Under the pieces are notes generated by a model. That model saw only the letters and a list, made by a program, of their open reading frames with translations. It had not been told where the DNA came from and ran no database searches. Made by a program: the position numbers and the translations under genes. 64,000 nt of DNA from positions 3,532-67,531 of the forward strand of contig MEUA01000010.1 in assembly GCA_001771505.1 (NCBI GenBank), given 5' to 3'. Shown piece by piece: positions 1 through 9,415 of this stretch; within the stretch, counting starts at the first letter, position 1, and each line of letters starts with the position of its first letter. This DNA comes from a candidate division WOR-1 bacterium RIFOXYB2_FULL_36_35. GTDB taxonomy: Bacteria; Margulisbacteria; WOR-1; XYC2-FULL-46-14; XYC2-FULL-37-10.

Positions 1-742
1 GTCGCGACCCAAAATTAAAAGTATATACGGCAGCAATCGGTGCTTCGTTTAAATAAGCTATAAAGATATTTGCAAGCGCGTGATCGACAAGAAGTTTTTT
101 TATGTTTTGATAATATTTTAACGGGTGGATCAAAAAATTATCTCGTTTGCAGGTCTCCTGATATATTTTATAGAAAACTTCAACCCCATCATCGGTGGAA
201 AGCTCTTTTACGACAACCCCTTTTTTGGCAGCCAGTCGGATATTATAGCGGGTCTTCTCCTCAAAACTTTTCAACAAATCTTCGGATGATAAAGTCAAAT
301 CCACAATAAAAGTTGAACGCGGCTGGATCTGCTTCTTACAAACCACAAATCCCTTTTCCTTTAAAACATTCTGTACACTGTTCACTGTACACTTTTCACT
401 TTCTTTAACCTGCGGATCGATTTTCAACAAGATAGCATTATGCTTTTTTGCAACTTTTTTCATTTCTGCCAATATAAAATCTAAAGCTTGAGTATTTTGA
501 AAGTCAACGATAGGCCCTCTGGGAGCATAAAATAAATTCAGTTTTATATAAGGGAGTTTGCGTTTTAAAATTGAAATTGCGGCAACAATTTTATCCCCAT
601 CTAAAACAGCCAATCTAATTGGAGTCCAACCATGAAGAGCTTTTAGTTCTCCCCATTCCCATGATTGTAAAATTGCCGGTTCGTCTTGTTTTGCAACAAA
701 ATCATTCCAAGATTCTTTTGATATGTTAGTTAGAAGTTGCAT
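1..742 (-). CDS. FemAB-family peptidoglycan interpeptide-bridge peptidyltransferase (partial; 3' end lies beyond the window start)
   Basis: Minus-strand ORF with ATG at 740-742 runs off the window start, so it is absent from the ORF track. The translation MQLLTNISKESWNDFVAKQDEPAILQSWEWGELKALHGW...FYAPRGPIVDF...RYNIRLAAKKGV is typical of FemAB/MurM family N-terminal and middle regions. Confidence 0.55.
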   Translation of the reverse strand, partial: MQLLTNISKESWNDFVAKQDEPAILQSWEWGELKALHGWTPIRLAVLDGDKIVAAISILKRKLPYIKLNLFYAPRGPIVDFQNTQALDFILAEMKKVAKKHNAILLKIDPQVKESEKCTVNSVQNVLKEKGFVVCKKQIQPRSTFIVDLTLSSEDLLKSFEEKTRYNIRLAAKKGVVVKELSTDDGVEVFYKIYQETCKRDNFLIHPLKYYQNIKKLLVDHALANIFIAYLNEAPIAAVYTFNFGSR

Positions 743-915
743 AATAAACTTATTTTATAACAAAATAGACTTTTTGGGCAGTATAATTATGTTATAATAT
801 TTTTTATATTCCCTACTCAGAAGAAGAAAAGGAAAAAAGATAAATAAACCTTAGGATTTTTGCCTAGCACTCTTCAGACCTCGAAACCTTATTGTCCATA
901 TGCTATACTTTTGAA

Positions 916-1482
916 ATGATCCTGATGATCGACAACTACGATTCTTTTACTTACAACCTGGTCCAATATCTTATGGAGCTTGGGGCAGATATACAAACTT
1001 TTCGCAATGATAAGATTACAATAGAAGAAATAGAAAAATTAAATCCAGAAAAGATTGTAATATCTCCCGGCCCTAAAACTCCAAAAGAAGCAGGAGTTTC
1101 TGTTGATGCAATAAAATATTTTGCAGGTAAAATCCCTATTTTAGGAGTTTGTTTAGGGCTTCAATCCATAGGATATGCTTTTGGGGGAAATATTGTGCAA
1201 GCAAAAAATCTTATGCACGGTAAAACCTCACAAATTTATCATGACGGCAAAACAATTTTCAAAGGGCTTAAAAATCCTTTCACTGCTACAAGATATCATT
1301 CTTTAGTTGTTGAAAAAGCAAGTCTCCCTGACATATTAGAAATATCAGCTTACACAAAAGAAGATGATGAAATTATGGGGTTGCGTCATAAAGAGCTAAA
1401 AATTGAAGGGGTACAATTCCATCCTGAATCTATTTTAACAAATTACGGTAAAGACCTGCTTAAAAACTTTATAAATCTTTAA
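916..1482 (+). CDS. Class-I glutamine amidotransferase of the anthranilate/aminodeoxychorismate synthase component II type (TrpG/PabA)
   Basis: The start [18 protein letters not shown] resembles the N-terminus of E. coli PabA ([12 protein letters not shown]). A GVCLGLQ catalytic Cys motif and a C-terminal HPES motif are present. The track ORF begins at 892 but the homologous start is the Met at 916. Confidence 0.8.
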   Translation: MILMIDNYDSFTYNLVQYLMELGADIQTFRNDKITIEEIEKLNPEKIVISPGPKTPKEAGVSVDAIKYFAGKIPILGVCLGLQSIGYAFGGNIVQAKNLMHGKTSQIYHDGKTIFKGLKNPFTATRYHSLVVEKASLPDILEISAYTKEDDEIMGLRHKELKIEGVQFHPESILTNYGKDLLKNFINL

Positions 1483-2253
1483 TTATGAGGTAAATGTACG
1501 AAGACTGTTCCACTTCGATTCATCACAATCAAAAGGAGAAAATTTCATAACATTTATTGTATTTTCTCTAAGAATATTATATGCTTCGCGATCTGTCTCT
1601 TTCAATAAATCTGCTAGTATTCTAAACGCTGACCATGCCATTTCAAACGAAGAGTTATAAGGGATAGATAAAACAGCGCAGGCTTTCGCTTTTACCAGCA
1701 TAAGATAAACTTTTTCCTTCTCACTTTCTGTTAAAAAATACAATTTTCTTTCGCTGATAAACTCAGCATGTGAAAAAAAAACTTTAAACTTAGGAAGTAT
1801 ACGTCCATTAACGCCAACATTTTCTCCCCTGCCAAGACGAATCCCCTCTATCCACTCTCCCGCAATTAAAGCATTCCATATCCCAAAGGGAAATAGATCA
1901 GAAGATATAGTCCCCAAAGGAGTTTCATTGTTTGCAAACTGTCTTTTTATTAAAATTGCAATAGATTCAACACCGAATCCTTCATAAGGCATTTGGAGTT
2001 TACCACTTTCAAGCAATTTTGCTTCCTCCAATAAACGCCTTAGAACAAATTCAACTCCTCCGGTTTTAATAGCTTGAAGAAGTCGACTATTTACCACGGG
2101 CAAACCTATCCCTTTAAGCGTAGCTTTAAGCTCATCTGTAAAAAGCTCAATATTCCCTTCTCTGACATATCGTAGAGTACCCATAAGTTCTATAGAAACT
2201 TTGCGTTCTACTGTGTTTAAAAATTCAAATGAAATGGTTTTTCTATTTAACAT
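1483..2253 (-). CDS. Hypothetical protein, 256 aa
   Basis: Long ORF convergent with the amidotransferase gene; the stop codons abut at 1482/1483. No motif recognised by eye. Confidence 0.4.
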   Translation of the reverse strand: MLNRKTISFEFLNTVERKVSIELMGTLRYVREGNIELFTDELKATLKGIGLPVVNSRLLQAIKTGGVEFVLRRLLEEAKLLESGKLQMPYEGFGVESIAILIKRQFANNETPLGTISSDLFPFGIWNALIAGEWIEGIRLGRGENVGVNGRILPKFKVFFSHAEFISERKLYFLTESEKEKVYLMLVKAKACAVLSIPYNSSFEMAWSAFRILADLLKETDREAYNILRENTINVMKFSPFDCDESKWNSLRTFTS

Positions 2254-2262
2254 TATATCTTC

Positions 2263-2285
2263 ACCCTGATTATGATAACCGGGGG
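2263..2285. repeat. Degenerate family-1 palindromic element (CCCTGATTA-TGA-TAACCGGGG)
   Basis: Imperfect inverted repeat resembling the AACCCCGATTA/TAATCGGGGTT family, immediately upstream of the 256-aa ORF start. Confidence 0.35.
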
Positions 2286-2447
2286 ATTCATCCCTTCACT
2301 TTTATTTTTTCTCGGGATTCCAATAAAATTTCAGGCCAAAAAGGATCGTGTCAATTCTATTTAGACTCTCGAGATTTATTTCATCTTCATTTATCTTAAG
2401 CATTGATTTTTCTATAGTTTATTATCGATTCTCAAAAAAATAAATTT

Positions 2448-2470
2448 CACCCCGATTAGGAAATCGGGGT
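2448..2470. repeat. Family-1 palindromic element (CACCCCGATTA-GGAAA-TCGGGGT)
   Basis: Inverted repeat CCCCGATTA...TCGGGG in the intergenic gap between ispE (3' end) and the 256-aa ORF (5' end). Confidence 0.6.
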
Positions 2471-2575
2471 TCAGGGGAAAAAAGAGAGTGTTGCAAAATG
2501 CTTATTTTTGAAAAAGATAAATTTACCAACAGTCCCAAGAAGGGAAAAAGAAAGAAAGTAAAAAAAACATTGAGC

Positions 2576-3457
2576 TTATTCTTTTATTCCAACATTCATG
2601 CCCTCTACAACAAAACTTTGAGAATATTTCTTTTTTATCTCCTCACAAATTTCATAAGCTTTTTTCTTATCACAAACAAGTCCGAAAACCGAAGAACCAG
2701 AGCCAGACATAAGAGATTGCAAACAACCTAAACTTAAAAGCCTGTTTTTGATCTCTCCTATCTCATGGTGTTTTGGTAAAACAACTTTTTCAAGATCATT
2801 TTTTAATACTAATTCCCCATGCTGTAAAAATCCATCAATATAGTTTTCTTTTTCGATAAAAGACTTCTCAAAACTATCATAAACTGATTTTGTTAAGATC
2901 GATAGCTTGGGTTTAACTAAAACGTAATATTTTGTTTCTCCATCATAAGATTCTGTCTCATCAGCACAAAATTTTGTGCCACTATTATCTATTTTTTCTA
3001 CAAGCTCACCCCTCCCTCTGCACCGGCAAAAACCTCCCGTCAAACAAAAAGAGACATCCGACCCTATTTGGGCTCCTAGCTCTAAAAGTTCTTTTTCTGA
3101 CAAATTGGCGTCAAACAACCTATTTAACCCGATTAAAACAGCCGCAGCATCGGAAGAGGCGCCTCCAAGTCCGGCTTCAGTCGGAATATTTTTTCTGATA
3201 TCAATCTTAACGCTAGGCTCTAATTTAGTTTTATAAAAAAACAGCTCTGCAGCTTTGTAAGCAGTATTTCTCTTGTCATTAGGAATGTTTGGATCATTTA
3301 AAAAAAGTTCAATGCCGGATTTTTTTTTATCAACTAAAATTTCATCATATAATGAAACGGACTGCATTAAAGAATCTATTTCATGATAACCATCCGCCCG
3401 TTTACCTAAAATTTGAAGTATGAAATTTATCTTTGCAAAAGCTTTTAATTTTATCAC
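2576..3457 (-). CDS. ispE: 4-diphosphocytidyl-2-C-methyl-D-erythritol kinase
   Basis: GHMP kinase. N-terminus KAFAKINFILQILGKRADGYHEIDSLMQSVSLYDEI matches the IspE signature and the ATP-binding loop IPTEAGLGGASSDAAAVL is present. Confidence 0.85.
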   Translation of the reverse strand: MIKLKAFAKINFILQILGKRADGYHEIDSLMQSVSLYDEILVDKKKSGIELFLNDPNIPNDKRNTAYKAAELFFYKTKLEPSVKIDIRKNIPTEAGLGGASSDAAAVLIGLNRLFDANLSEKELLELGAQIGSDVSFCLTGGFCRCRGRGELVEKIDNSGTKFCADETESYDGETKYYVLVKPKLSILTKSVYDSFEKSFIEKENYIDGFLQHGELVLKNDLEKVVLPKHHEIGEIKNRLLSLGCLQSLMSGSGSSVFGLVCDKKKAYEICEEIKKKYSQSFVVEGMNVGIKE

Positions 3458-3693
3458 TTAGAAGAAGTCAGTTTCATTAACTTAGATTTTTTACGGGATG
3501 CCAGATTTTTAGAAATGACTTTTTTACTTGCGGCTTTATCAAGAGCTTTTATGGCTTTGCGAATATCTTCGGTTGATTTTGTCTTTAACGCAGCCTTTAA
3601 TCCCTTTCTTATCGCATCCTTGTAAACCAAATTTCTTTTTCTGTTTCTTGCCGTAATTTTTATTCTTTTAATCGCAGACTTAATATTAGCCAT
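3454..3693 (-). CDS. rpsT: 30S ribosomal protein S20
   Basis: MANIKSAIKRIKITARNRKRNLVYKDAIR is the canonical basic, helical N-terminus of S20. Overlaps ispE by 4 nt. Confidence 0.85.
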   Translation of the reverse strand: MANIKSAIKRIKITARNRKRNLVYKDAIRKGLKAALKTKSTEDIRKAIKALDKAASKKVISKNLASRKKSKLMKLTSSK

Positions 3694-3846
3694 CTATTCC
3701 TCCTATTTAACCTCTTTCAAAAACCTTCTTGACAAATTAAACATCAAAACTGTATAATTTTAACATATGTAAAAAAATCTCGCAACCAATTTGGCTTTCA
3801 GATCCACGCTTTTCGTTATTTCCAAAGAAAAAAATAAAGAGGTAAA

Positions 3847-4707
3847 ATGTCAATCCACGAATGGTTTCTAAGAAAAAAAACAGAAAAACAACAAAAAAAT
3901 GGCGCATCAGAAAGACTAAATATTCCCGAAAATCTATGGCTTAAATGCCCTTCCTGCAAATCAACAATATACATAAAAGAGTTAAATGAAAACTTAAAAG
4001 TTTGCCCGAAATGCGATTTTCATTTTAGGCTTTCAGCATCAGAAAGAATAAACCTGATTATAGACTCCGGAACATTTAAAGAGATGTCTATAACTCTCAA
4101 GTCTACTGATTTTTTAGGCTTTGTAGACTCCAAAGCCTATAACAAAAGAATAGATGAAGCCATACTAAAGTCAGGCTTAAACGAAGCGATTGTTATCGGA
4201 GAAGGCTTAATAGAAAATATTAAAACTGTTTTTGGAGTGATGGATTTTTCTTTTATGGGTGGAAGTATGGGTTCTGGAGTCGGAGAAAAATTCACAAGAA
4301 TGATAGAGCATTCAATAGAAAATAAAATCCCGGCAATAATTGCAACCTCTTCCGGAGGAGCTAGAATGCAAGAAGGTATTTTGTCTTTAATGCAAATGGC
4401 AAAAGTATCCGCAGCCCTTGGTCGTTTGAGAGAAAATGGGCTTCCTTATATAGTGTTATTAACCGATCCGACAACAGGAGGAACAACAGCAAGCTTTGCA
4501 ATGCTCGGAGATATTCAAATAGCCGAACCTAAAGCATTAATCGGGTTCGCGGGGCCTAGAGTCATAGAACAAACGATTCGGCAAAAACTGCCAAAAGGAT
4601 TTCAACGTTCCGAATTTTTACTGGAACATGGAATGATCGATTTAATCTGTGAAAGAAAAGACATAAAAAGCACATTAGCAAAAATTCTCAGGTTTTTTGA
4701 AGAGTAG
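3847..4707 (+). CDS. accD: Acetyl-CoA carboxylase carboxyltransferase subunit beta
   Basis: N-terminal zinc ribbon CPSC...CPKC, followed by a carboxyltransferase domain (MGGSMGSGVGEKF). Confidence 0.9.
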   Translation: MSIHEWFLRKKTEKQQKNGASERLNIPENLWLKCPSCKSTIYIKELNENLKVCPKCDFHFRLSASERINLIIDSGTFKEMSITLKSTDFLGFVDSKAYNKRIDEAILKSGLNEAIVIGEGLIENIKTVFGVMDFSFMGGSMGSGVGEKFTRMIEHSIENKIPAIIATSSGGARMQEGILSLMQMAKVSAALGRLRENGLPYIVLLTDPTTGGTTASFAMLGDIQIAEPKALIGFAGPRVIEQTIRQKLPKGFQRSEFLLEHGMIDLICERKDIKSTLAKILRFFEE

Positions 4708-4723
4708 GCGAAAAGAATTAATT

Positions 4724-5698
4724 ATGAAAGAAATAAATAACGAAACAAAAAACTTACTCTACTTTGAAAAAGATTTAAAAGACCTTTATCAAAAGATTAC
4801 TGAACTACAAAAACTTTCAGAAAAAGAAGATTTAAATCTGGAAGAAGAAATACGCATGGTAAAAAAACGTATAGACACCATGCGTCAGGAAATTTTCAAT
4901 AAATTGGAGCCGCAGCAAATTGTTCAAGTGGCACGTCATATAATGAGACCTTCCACCCTAGATTACATAAATTTTATTTTTGAAGATTTTATAGAACTTC
5001 ACGGCGACAGAAATTTCGGGGACGACAAAGCCATTGTCTGCGGAATAGCCAAGCTAAACGGACAATCAATTGTAATTATAGGACATCAAAAAGGCCATAC
5101 AACAAAAGAACTTATAAACAGGAATTTCGGAATGGCTCATCCGGAAGGATATCGTAAAGCTTTGAGAATTATGAGAATGGCCGTACGCGCAAACAAGCCC
5201 ATCATAAGTTTTATAGATACCCCAGGCGCTTATCCGGGAATCGGAGCGGAAGAAAGAGGTCAATCAGAAGCTATCGCAAAAAATTTAAGAGAAATGTCTA
5301 TTTTTACTGTTCCTTTTATAAGTATAATCACCGGCGAAGGCGGAAGTGGCGGAGCTTTGGGTATATCTATGGGGAACAGAGTTTTAATGATGGAATATTC
5401 AATATATGCTGTAATATCACCGGAAGGATGCGCGTCAATTCTTTTTAGAGATTCGAGCAGGGCAAATGAAGCGGCAAAAGTTTCAAAAATAACAGCAAAA
5501 GATCTGCTTGGATTTGGTATAATAGATGAAATAATCAAAGAACCGATTGGCGGCGCCCATAATGACTATGAGGCAACTGCTAAAAACATTAAAACAGCTA
5601 TACTAAAAAACCTTAATGAACTTTCAAAATTTTCTCCCAGAGAATTGGTTGCGGACCGTTATAATAAATACAGAAAAATGGGAATTTTTACAGAATAA
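4724..5698 (+). CDS. accA: Acetyl-CoA carboxylase carboxyltransferase subunit alpha
   Basis: Carries the AccA motifs FGMAHPEGYRKALRIMRMA and PIISFIDTPGAYPGIGAEERGQ. Overlaps accD; the track ORF begins at 4697 but the Met at 4724 is the likely start. Confidence 0.9.
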   Translation: MKEINNETKNLLYFEKDLKDLYQKITELQKLSEKEDLNLEEEIRMVKKRIDTMRQEIFNKLEPQQIVQVARHIMRPSTLDYINFIFEDFIELHGDRNFGDDKAIVCGIAKLNGQSIVIIGHQKGHTTKELINRNFGMAHPEGYRKALRIMRMAVRANKPIISFIDTPGAYPGIGAEERGQSEAIAKNLREMSIFTVPFISIITGEGGSGGALGISMGNRVLMMEYSIYAVISPEGCASILFRDSSRANEAAKVSKITAKDLLGFGIIDEIIKEPIGGAHNDYEATAKNIKTAILKNLNELSKFSPRELVADRYNKYRKMGIFTE

Positions 5699-5724
5699 GT
5701 TTTTGATTTATGTTTATTAAAATT

Positions 5725-5809
5725 GCCGAAGTGGCGGAACTGGCAGACGCGCACGACTCAAAATCGTGAGCTCCTTGCGGGCGTGAGGGTTCGACTCCCT
5801 CCTTCGGCA
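5725..5809 (+). tRNA. tRNA-Leu, anticodon CAA
   Basis: Acceptor stem GCCGAAG/CTTCGGC, D-arm GGCGGAACTGGCAGACGC, anticodon loop gactCAAaatc and a long variable arm. T-arm GGTTCGACTCCC. CCA is not encoded. Confidence 0.85.
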
Positions 5810-5829
5810 TTTCATTTGTGCCAAAAATT

Positions 5830-5913
5830 GCCGAGATGGCGGAACTGGCAGACGCGCTACATTCAGGATGTAGTAGGAGCAATCCTGTCGGAGTTCAAAT
5901 CTCCGTCTCGGCA
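5830..5913 (+). tRNA. tRNA-Leu, anticodon CAG
   Basis: Acceptor stem GCCGAGA/TCTCGGC, anticodon loop cattCAGgatg, long variable arm, T-arm GAGTTCAAATCTCC. Lies 20 nt after the first tRNA-Leu. Confidence 0.85.
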
Positions 5914-5943
5914 CTATTTAAAAATCTTAGTAGGAGGTAAAAA

Positions 5944-7191
5944 ATGGATATTGTAGAACTGGAAAGACAAACACTGCAGGAATTATACGGGGTGGCAAAA
6001 CAACTAAATATTCAAGGTTTCAGGGTATTAAAAAAACATGATTTAATTTTTAAAATATTGGAAACGCAAACCCAAAAAAACGGCAATCAATTTATCCCAA
6101 AAGGAATTCTAGAAATACTGCCTGAAGGATACGGGTTTTTAAGAACCGGAGGGTATCTTCCTTCAAGAGAAGATATCTACGTATCACAAACACAAATCAG
6201 AAGATTTGATATGCAAAATGGAGATCTTGTGTCAGGACAAGTCAGACCCCCAAAGGATGGAGAAAAATATTATTCATTGCTTAAAATTGAAGCTATAAAC
6301 GGGATGAATCCGGATGAAGCCAGGGAAAGGACCCCATTTGAAAATTTAACTCCGATTTTTCCTTTAGAGCGCTTTACACTAGAACATGCCAAATGTTCTA
6401 TGGCGTCAAGACTGATAGATCTTTTATCTCCTGTAGGAAAAGGACAAAGAGCGATGATTGTATCTCCACCAAAAGCAGGGAAAACCACCATTCTCAAAAA
6501 TATTGCAAATAGTATTGCTGTTAATTTCCCTGAAACGGTCATTAAAGTTCTACTAATTGATGAACGACCGGAAGAAGTAACTGACATGGAAAGAAGTGTA
6601 AAAGGAGAAGTAATAGGATCTACATTTGATGAACCTCCGGAAGAACACATCAAAATTGCCGAACTGGTTTTAGAATCAGCAAAAAGACAAGTTGAATGTA
6701 AAAAAGACGTTATCATATTACTTGATTCAATTACCCGATTGGCACGTGCCTACAATTTGGTCACACCCCCTTCAGGAAGAACGCTTTCTGGAGGTTTAGA
6801 CCCAACATGTTTGCACCGGCCAAAAAGATTTTTTGGCGCAGCACGCAACATTGAAGAAGGAGGAAGTTTAACTATCGTAGCAACCGCTCTTGTGGAAACA
6901 GGAAGCCGTATGGATGATGTTATATATGAAGAATTTAAAGGAACAGGAAATATGGAACTCCATTTGGCAAGAAAACTCGCAGATAGAAGGATTTACCCGG
7001 CAATAGACATAAAAATGTCAGGAACAAGAAGAGAAGAACTTCTATTATCAGAAAAAGAGATACAAAAAATGTGGTTGCTTAGAAAAATTATGGGGGATTA
7101 TGATGAAATAGAAGCCACAGGACAACTTATAGACAGATTAAAAGAATTTAAAACAAATAAAGCATTTCTTGAATCTGCAGATGTAAAATGA
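5944..7191 (+). CDS. rho: Transcription termination factor Rho
   Basis: Rho N-terminal domain plus RNA-binding region (YGFLR, DIYVS), Walker [17 protein letters not shown], and a RecA-like C-terminal domain. Confidence 0.9.
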   Translation: MDIVELERQTLQELYGVAKQLNIQGFRVLKKHDLIFKILETQTQKNGNQFIPKGILEILPEGYGFLRTGGYLPSREDIYVSQTQIRRFDMQNGDLVSGQVRPPKDGEKYYSLLKIEAINGMNPDEARERTPFENLTPIFPLERFTLEHAKCSMASRLIDLLSPVGKGQRAMIVSPPKAGKTTILKNIANSIAVNFPETVIKVLLIDERPEEVTDMERSVKGEVIGSTFDEPPEEHIKIAELVLESAKRQVECKKDVIILLDSITRLARAYNLVTPPSGRTLSGGLDPTCLHRPKRFFGAARNIEEGGSLTIVATALVETGSRMDDVIYEEFKGTGNMELHLARKLADRRIYPAIDIKMSGTRREELLLSEKEIQKMWLLRKIMGDYDEIEATGQLIDRLKEFKTNKAFLESADVK

Positions 7192-7192
7192 A

Positions 7193-7375
7193 ATGCCCAA
7201 AATTATAAAGGAATTATGCCCTCAAAACCATGTATGCCCATGCATTAACATCTGTCCTGTTAACGCAATAAAACAAAAAGGTTTTGAGCTTCCAGAAATA
7301 AACAAAGAAATATGTATTAATTGCAATAAATGTATAATCTTTTGTCCTAGAAACGCTATACAAAAAGATTCATAG
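7193..7375 (+). CDS. Small 4Fe-4S ferredoxin-like protein (60 aa)
   Basis: One canonical CxxCxxCxxxCP motif (CINCNKCIIFCP) plus an atypical N-terminal Cys cluster CPQNHVCPCINICP. Starts 1 nt after the rho stop. Confidence 0.45.
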   Translation: MPKIIKELCPQNHVCPCINICPVNAIKQKGFELPEINKEICINCNKCIIFCPRNAIQKDS

Positions 7376-7387
7376 GGAGATATAAAA

Positions 7388-7924
7388 ATGCAAAAAAAAC
7401 TTAAAATAATATTACTAATAATGCTTCTCATGATAGGATTCTTTGTCATAAAAAGCATTTCACCCCGATTATTCACCTCGATTAGAAAATCGGGTCTCAT
7501 AGTAGAAAGAATTTCAAGCCCCGATTATCAATCGAGGTTAGTTTCTGATTCTATCGTGAACAATCGGGGTTCATACACCCCTCAAGTAAAAGAAAATATA
7601 GCACAGCAATTGTCTGTCGCGCTCAAAAAAAACCTTCCTGTAATTGCAAAATTGGGCGCTGATTGGTGCCCCCCATGTCGTGAAATGAAACCCATTTTAC
7701 AAGAACTGAAAATAGAACTTAATGGAAAGGCTATTGTTTTAGATTTAGATATTGACCAAAACAAAGATTTGGCAAAAAAGCATAAAATCAACGCAATCCC
7801 AACAACTTTATTTTATAATTCCAAAGGGGAATTCAAGAAAAAAATTATCGGATTTATTGATAAAAAACAGATCTTACGGGAACTGGATAACTTACAATCA
7901 AAAGATCCTTTATTGAACAACTGA
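7388..7924 (+). CDS. Membrane-anchored thioredoxin-family protein
   Basis: N-terminal TM helix LKIILLIMLLMIGFFVI and a thioredoxin fold with WCPPCREM active site. The linker between them (7461-7570) is encoded by two family-1 palindromic elements. Confidence 0.65.
   Translation: MQKKLKIILLIMLLMIGFFVIKSISPRLFTSIRKSGLIVERISSPDYQSRLVSDSIVNNRGSYTPQVKENIAQQLSVALKKNLPVIAKLGADWCPPCREMKPILQELKIELNGKAIVLDLDIDQNKDLAKKHKINAIPTTLFYNSKGEFKKKIIGFIDKKQILRELDNLQSKDPLLNN
7461..7570. repeat. Two adjacent family-1 palindromic elements embedded in the thioredoxin CDS
   Basis: CACCCCGATTATTCACCTCGATTAGAAAATCGGGTCTC (7461-7498) and GCCCCGATTATCAATCGAGG...GAACAATCGGGGT (7518-7570), in-frame within ORF 7388-7924. 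Confidence 0.7.
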
Positions 7925-7997
7925 CAAGTTACCACCAACACAACTACTTATTTCTTGTAAAAAATCCCATCTTTTGATATAATTATTTATACAACAA

Positions 7998-8291
7998 ATG
8001 AAAAAAGATATTCATCCTAAATATTATAAGACAATCGCAAAGTGCGCTTGCGGCGCAGAATATGAAATCGGTTCAACAAAAGAAAAAGTTCATGTTGATA
8101 TATGTTCCGCCTGTCACCCATTGTTTACAGGCAAACAAAAAATATTAGATACAGAAGGAAGAGTCCAAAAATTTAAAAAGAAATATGCAGGAGTGGAAAC
8201 AGAAGAGCGTAAACCGCAAAAAAAACGTATTATAAAATCTAAAAGCAAAAAAGCTGTTATCAAAAAAACATCCTCAAAAGTTAAAAAGTAG
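7998..8291 (+). CDS. rpmE: 50S ribosomal protein L31 with Lys-rich C-terminal extension
   Basis: [10 protein letters not shown]...CACGAEYE...[10 protein letters not shown] is the L31 zinc-ribbon signature. An additional ~25-aa KKKR-rich tail follows. Confidence 0.85.
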   Translation: MKKDIHPKYYKTIAKCACGAEYEIGSTKEKVHVDICSACHPLFTGKQKILDTEGRVQKFKKKYAGVETEERKPQKKRIIKSKSKKAVIKKTSSKVKK

Positions 8292-8309
8292 CTTATTTAA
8301 AAATTCTCT

Positions 8310-9371
8310 ATGCTGTTAGACAAATTATCTTCCATAGAATCCAGATATGAGGAACTTTTAAACCTTCTTTCACAAAAAGAGATTATCGATAATCGTGAAA
8401 AATTTCAACAATTCAGCAAAGAATTATCAGAACTTGAAGAACTGGTTCAAACCTTTAGAAAATTCAAAGAGGCCGAAAAACATATTTTAGAAATTGAACC
8501 TATGTTATCTGATATTGAGATGAAAGAACTAGCAATTAAAGAAATCGAAGAGTTAAAAGAAACTCAGGAAAAACTCAAAAATCACCTCGAAGTCCTTCTT
8601 TTGCCAAAAGATCCATCCGATGAAAAAAGCATAATAATGGAAATTCGGGCGGGAACAGGAGGAGAAGAAGCAGCACTTTTTGCAGGGGAACTGCTAAGAA
8701 TGTATCTCCGCTATGCGGAAAGAAGAGGATGGAAGGTTGAATGGATAGAATCAAACGACACAGGGCTTGGCGGTTATAAAGAGGCAATAATATCCATTCA
8801 GGGAAAAGGTGTTTATAGCAAACTCAAGTTTGAAGGCGGAACACACAGAGTTCAACGTGTACCGAAAACAGAATCAGGAGGAAGAATACATACATCAGCC
8901 GCAACCGTTGCCGTACTTCCCGAAGTTGAAGATGTAGACATTAATATCGACGAAAAAGATTTAAGAATTGACACCTATAGAGCAGGCGGTGCGGGAGGAC
9001 AAAATGTAAACAAAGTTTCATCCGCAATCAGAATAACCCACATCCCCTCCGGTATAGTCGTTGCCTGCCAACAAGAGAGATCACAACACCAAAACAGAGA
9101 TAAAGCTATGAAACTGCTTCGCGCAAAATTATATGAAATGGAAACTGAAAAAAACCGTAAAGGCCGTGAAGAGGCTCGCAAAATTATGGTAGGGACCGGC
9201 GACAGATCTGAAAAAATAAGAACATATAATTATCCTCAAGGGAGAATAACTGATCATAGAATAGGGTTTACAATATACAGATTGCAAGAAGTATTAGATG
9301 GAGATATTGATGAAATAATAGAAGCGCTGCAAACCGCAGATAGGGTCGCAAAACTGGAGAAAATGAAATAA
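8310..9371 (+). CDS. prfA: Peptide chain release factor 1
   Basis: GGQ motif ([25 protein letters not shown]) and RF1-type PxT tripeptide ([10 protein letters not shown]). Confidence 0.9.
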   Translation: MLLDKLSSIESRYEELLNLLSQKEIIDNREKFQQFSKELSELEELVQTFRKFKEAEKHILEIEPMLSDIEMKELAIKEIEELKETQEKLKNHLEVLLLPKDPSDEKSIIMEIRAGTGGEEAALFAGELLRMYLRYAERRGWKVEWIESNDTGLGGYKEAIISIQGKGVYSKLKFEGGTHRVQRVPKTESGGRIHTSAATVAVLPEVEDVDINIDEKDLRIDTYRAGGAGGQNVNKVSSAIRITHIPSGIVVACQQERSQHQNRDKAMKLLRAKLYEMETEKNRKGREEARKIMVGTGDRSEKIRTYNYPQGRITDHRIGFTIYRLQEVLDGDIDEIIEALQTADRVAKLEKMK

Positions 9372-9415
9372 GCTCTTATATCACACCCACCGCCAAAACA
9401 ATCCCCAAATAAAAA

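Noticed and set aside
371-400. Short direct repeat ctgtacactgttcactgtacac inside the FemAB-like CDS
   Set aside because: It is only ~1.5 units of a 10-mer and is translated in-frame (EKCTVNSVQN). Most likely a chance local duplication without further support.
5066-5538. Antisense ORFs inside accA (5066..5263, 5260..5538) and similar 60-150-aa ORFs inside rho, prfA, prmC, tsaC, fliI, glyA, dxs and others
   Set aside because: Each is nested antisense or out-of-frame within a strongly supported conserved gene, with no ribosome-binding site. They are typical low-GC random ORFs.
5688-5956. Track ORFs 5688..5882(-), 5717..5914(-) and 5723..5956(+) overlapping the tRNA-Leu pair
   Set aside because: They are fully explained by two well-folded tRNA-Leu genes (CAA and CAG). 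They are spurious reading frames across structured RNA.
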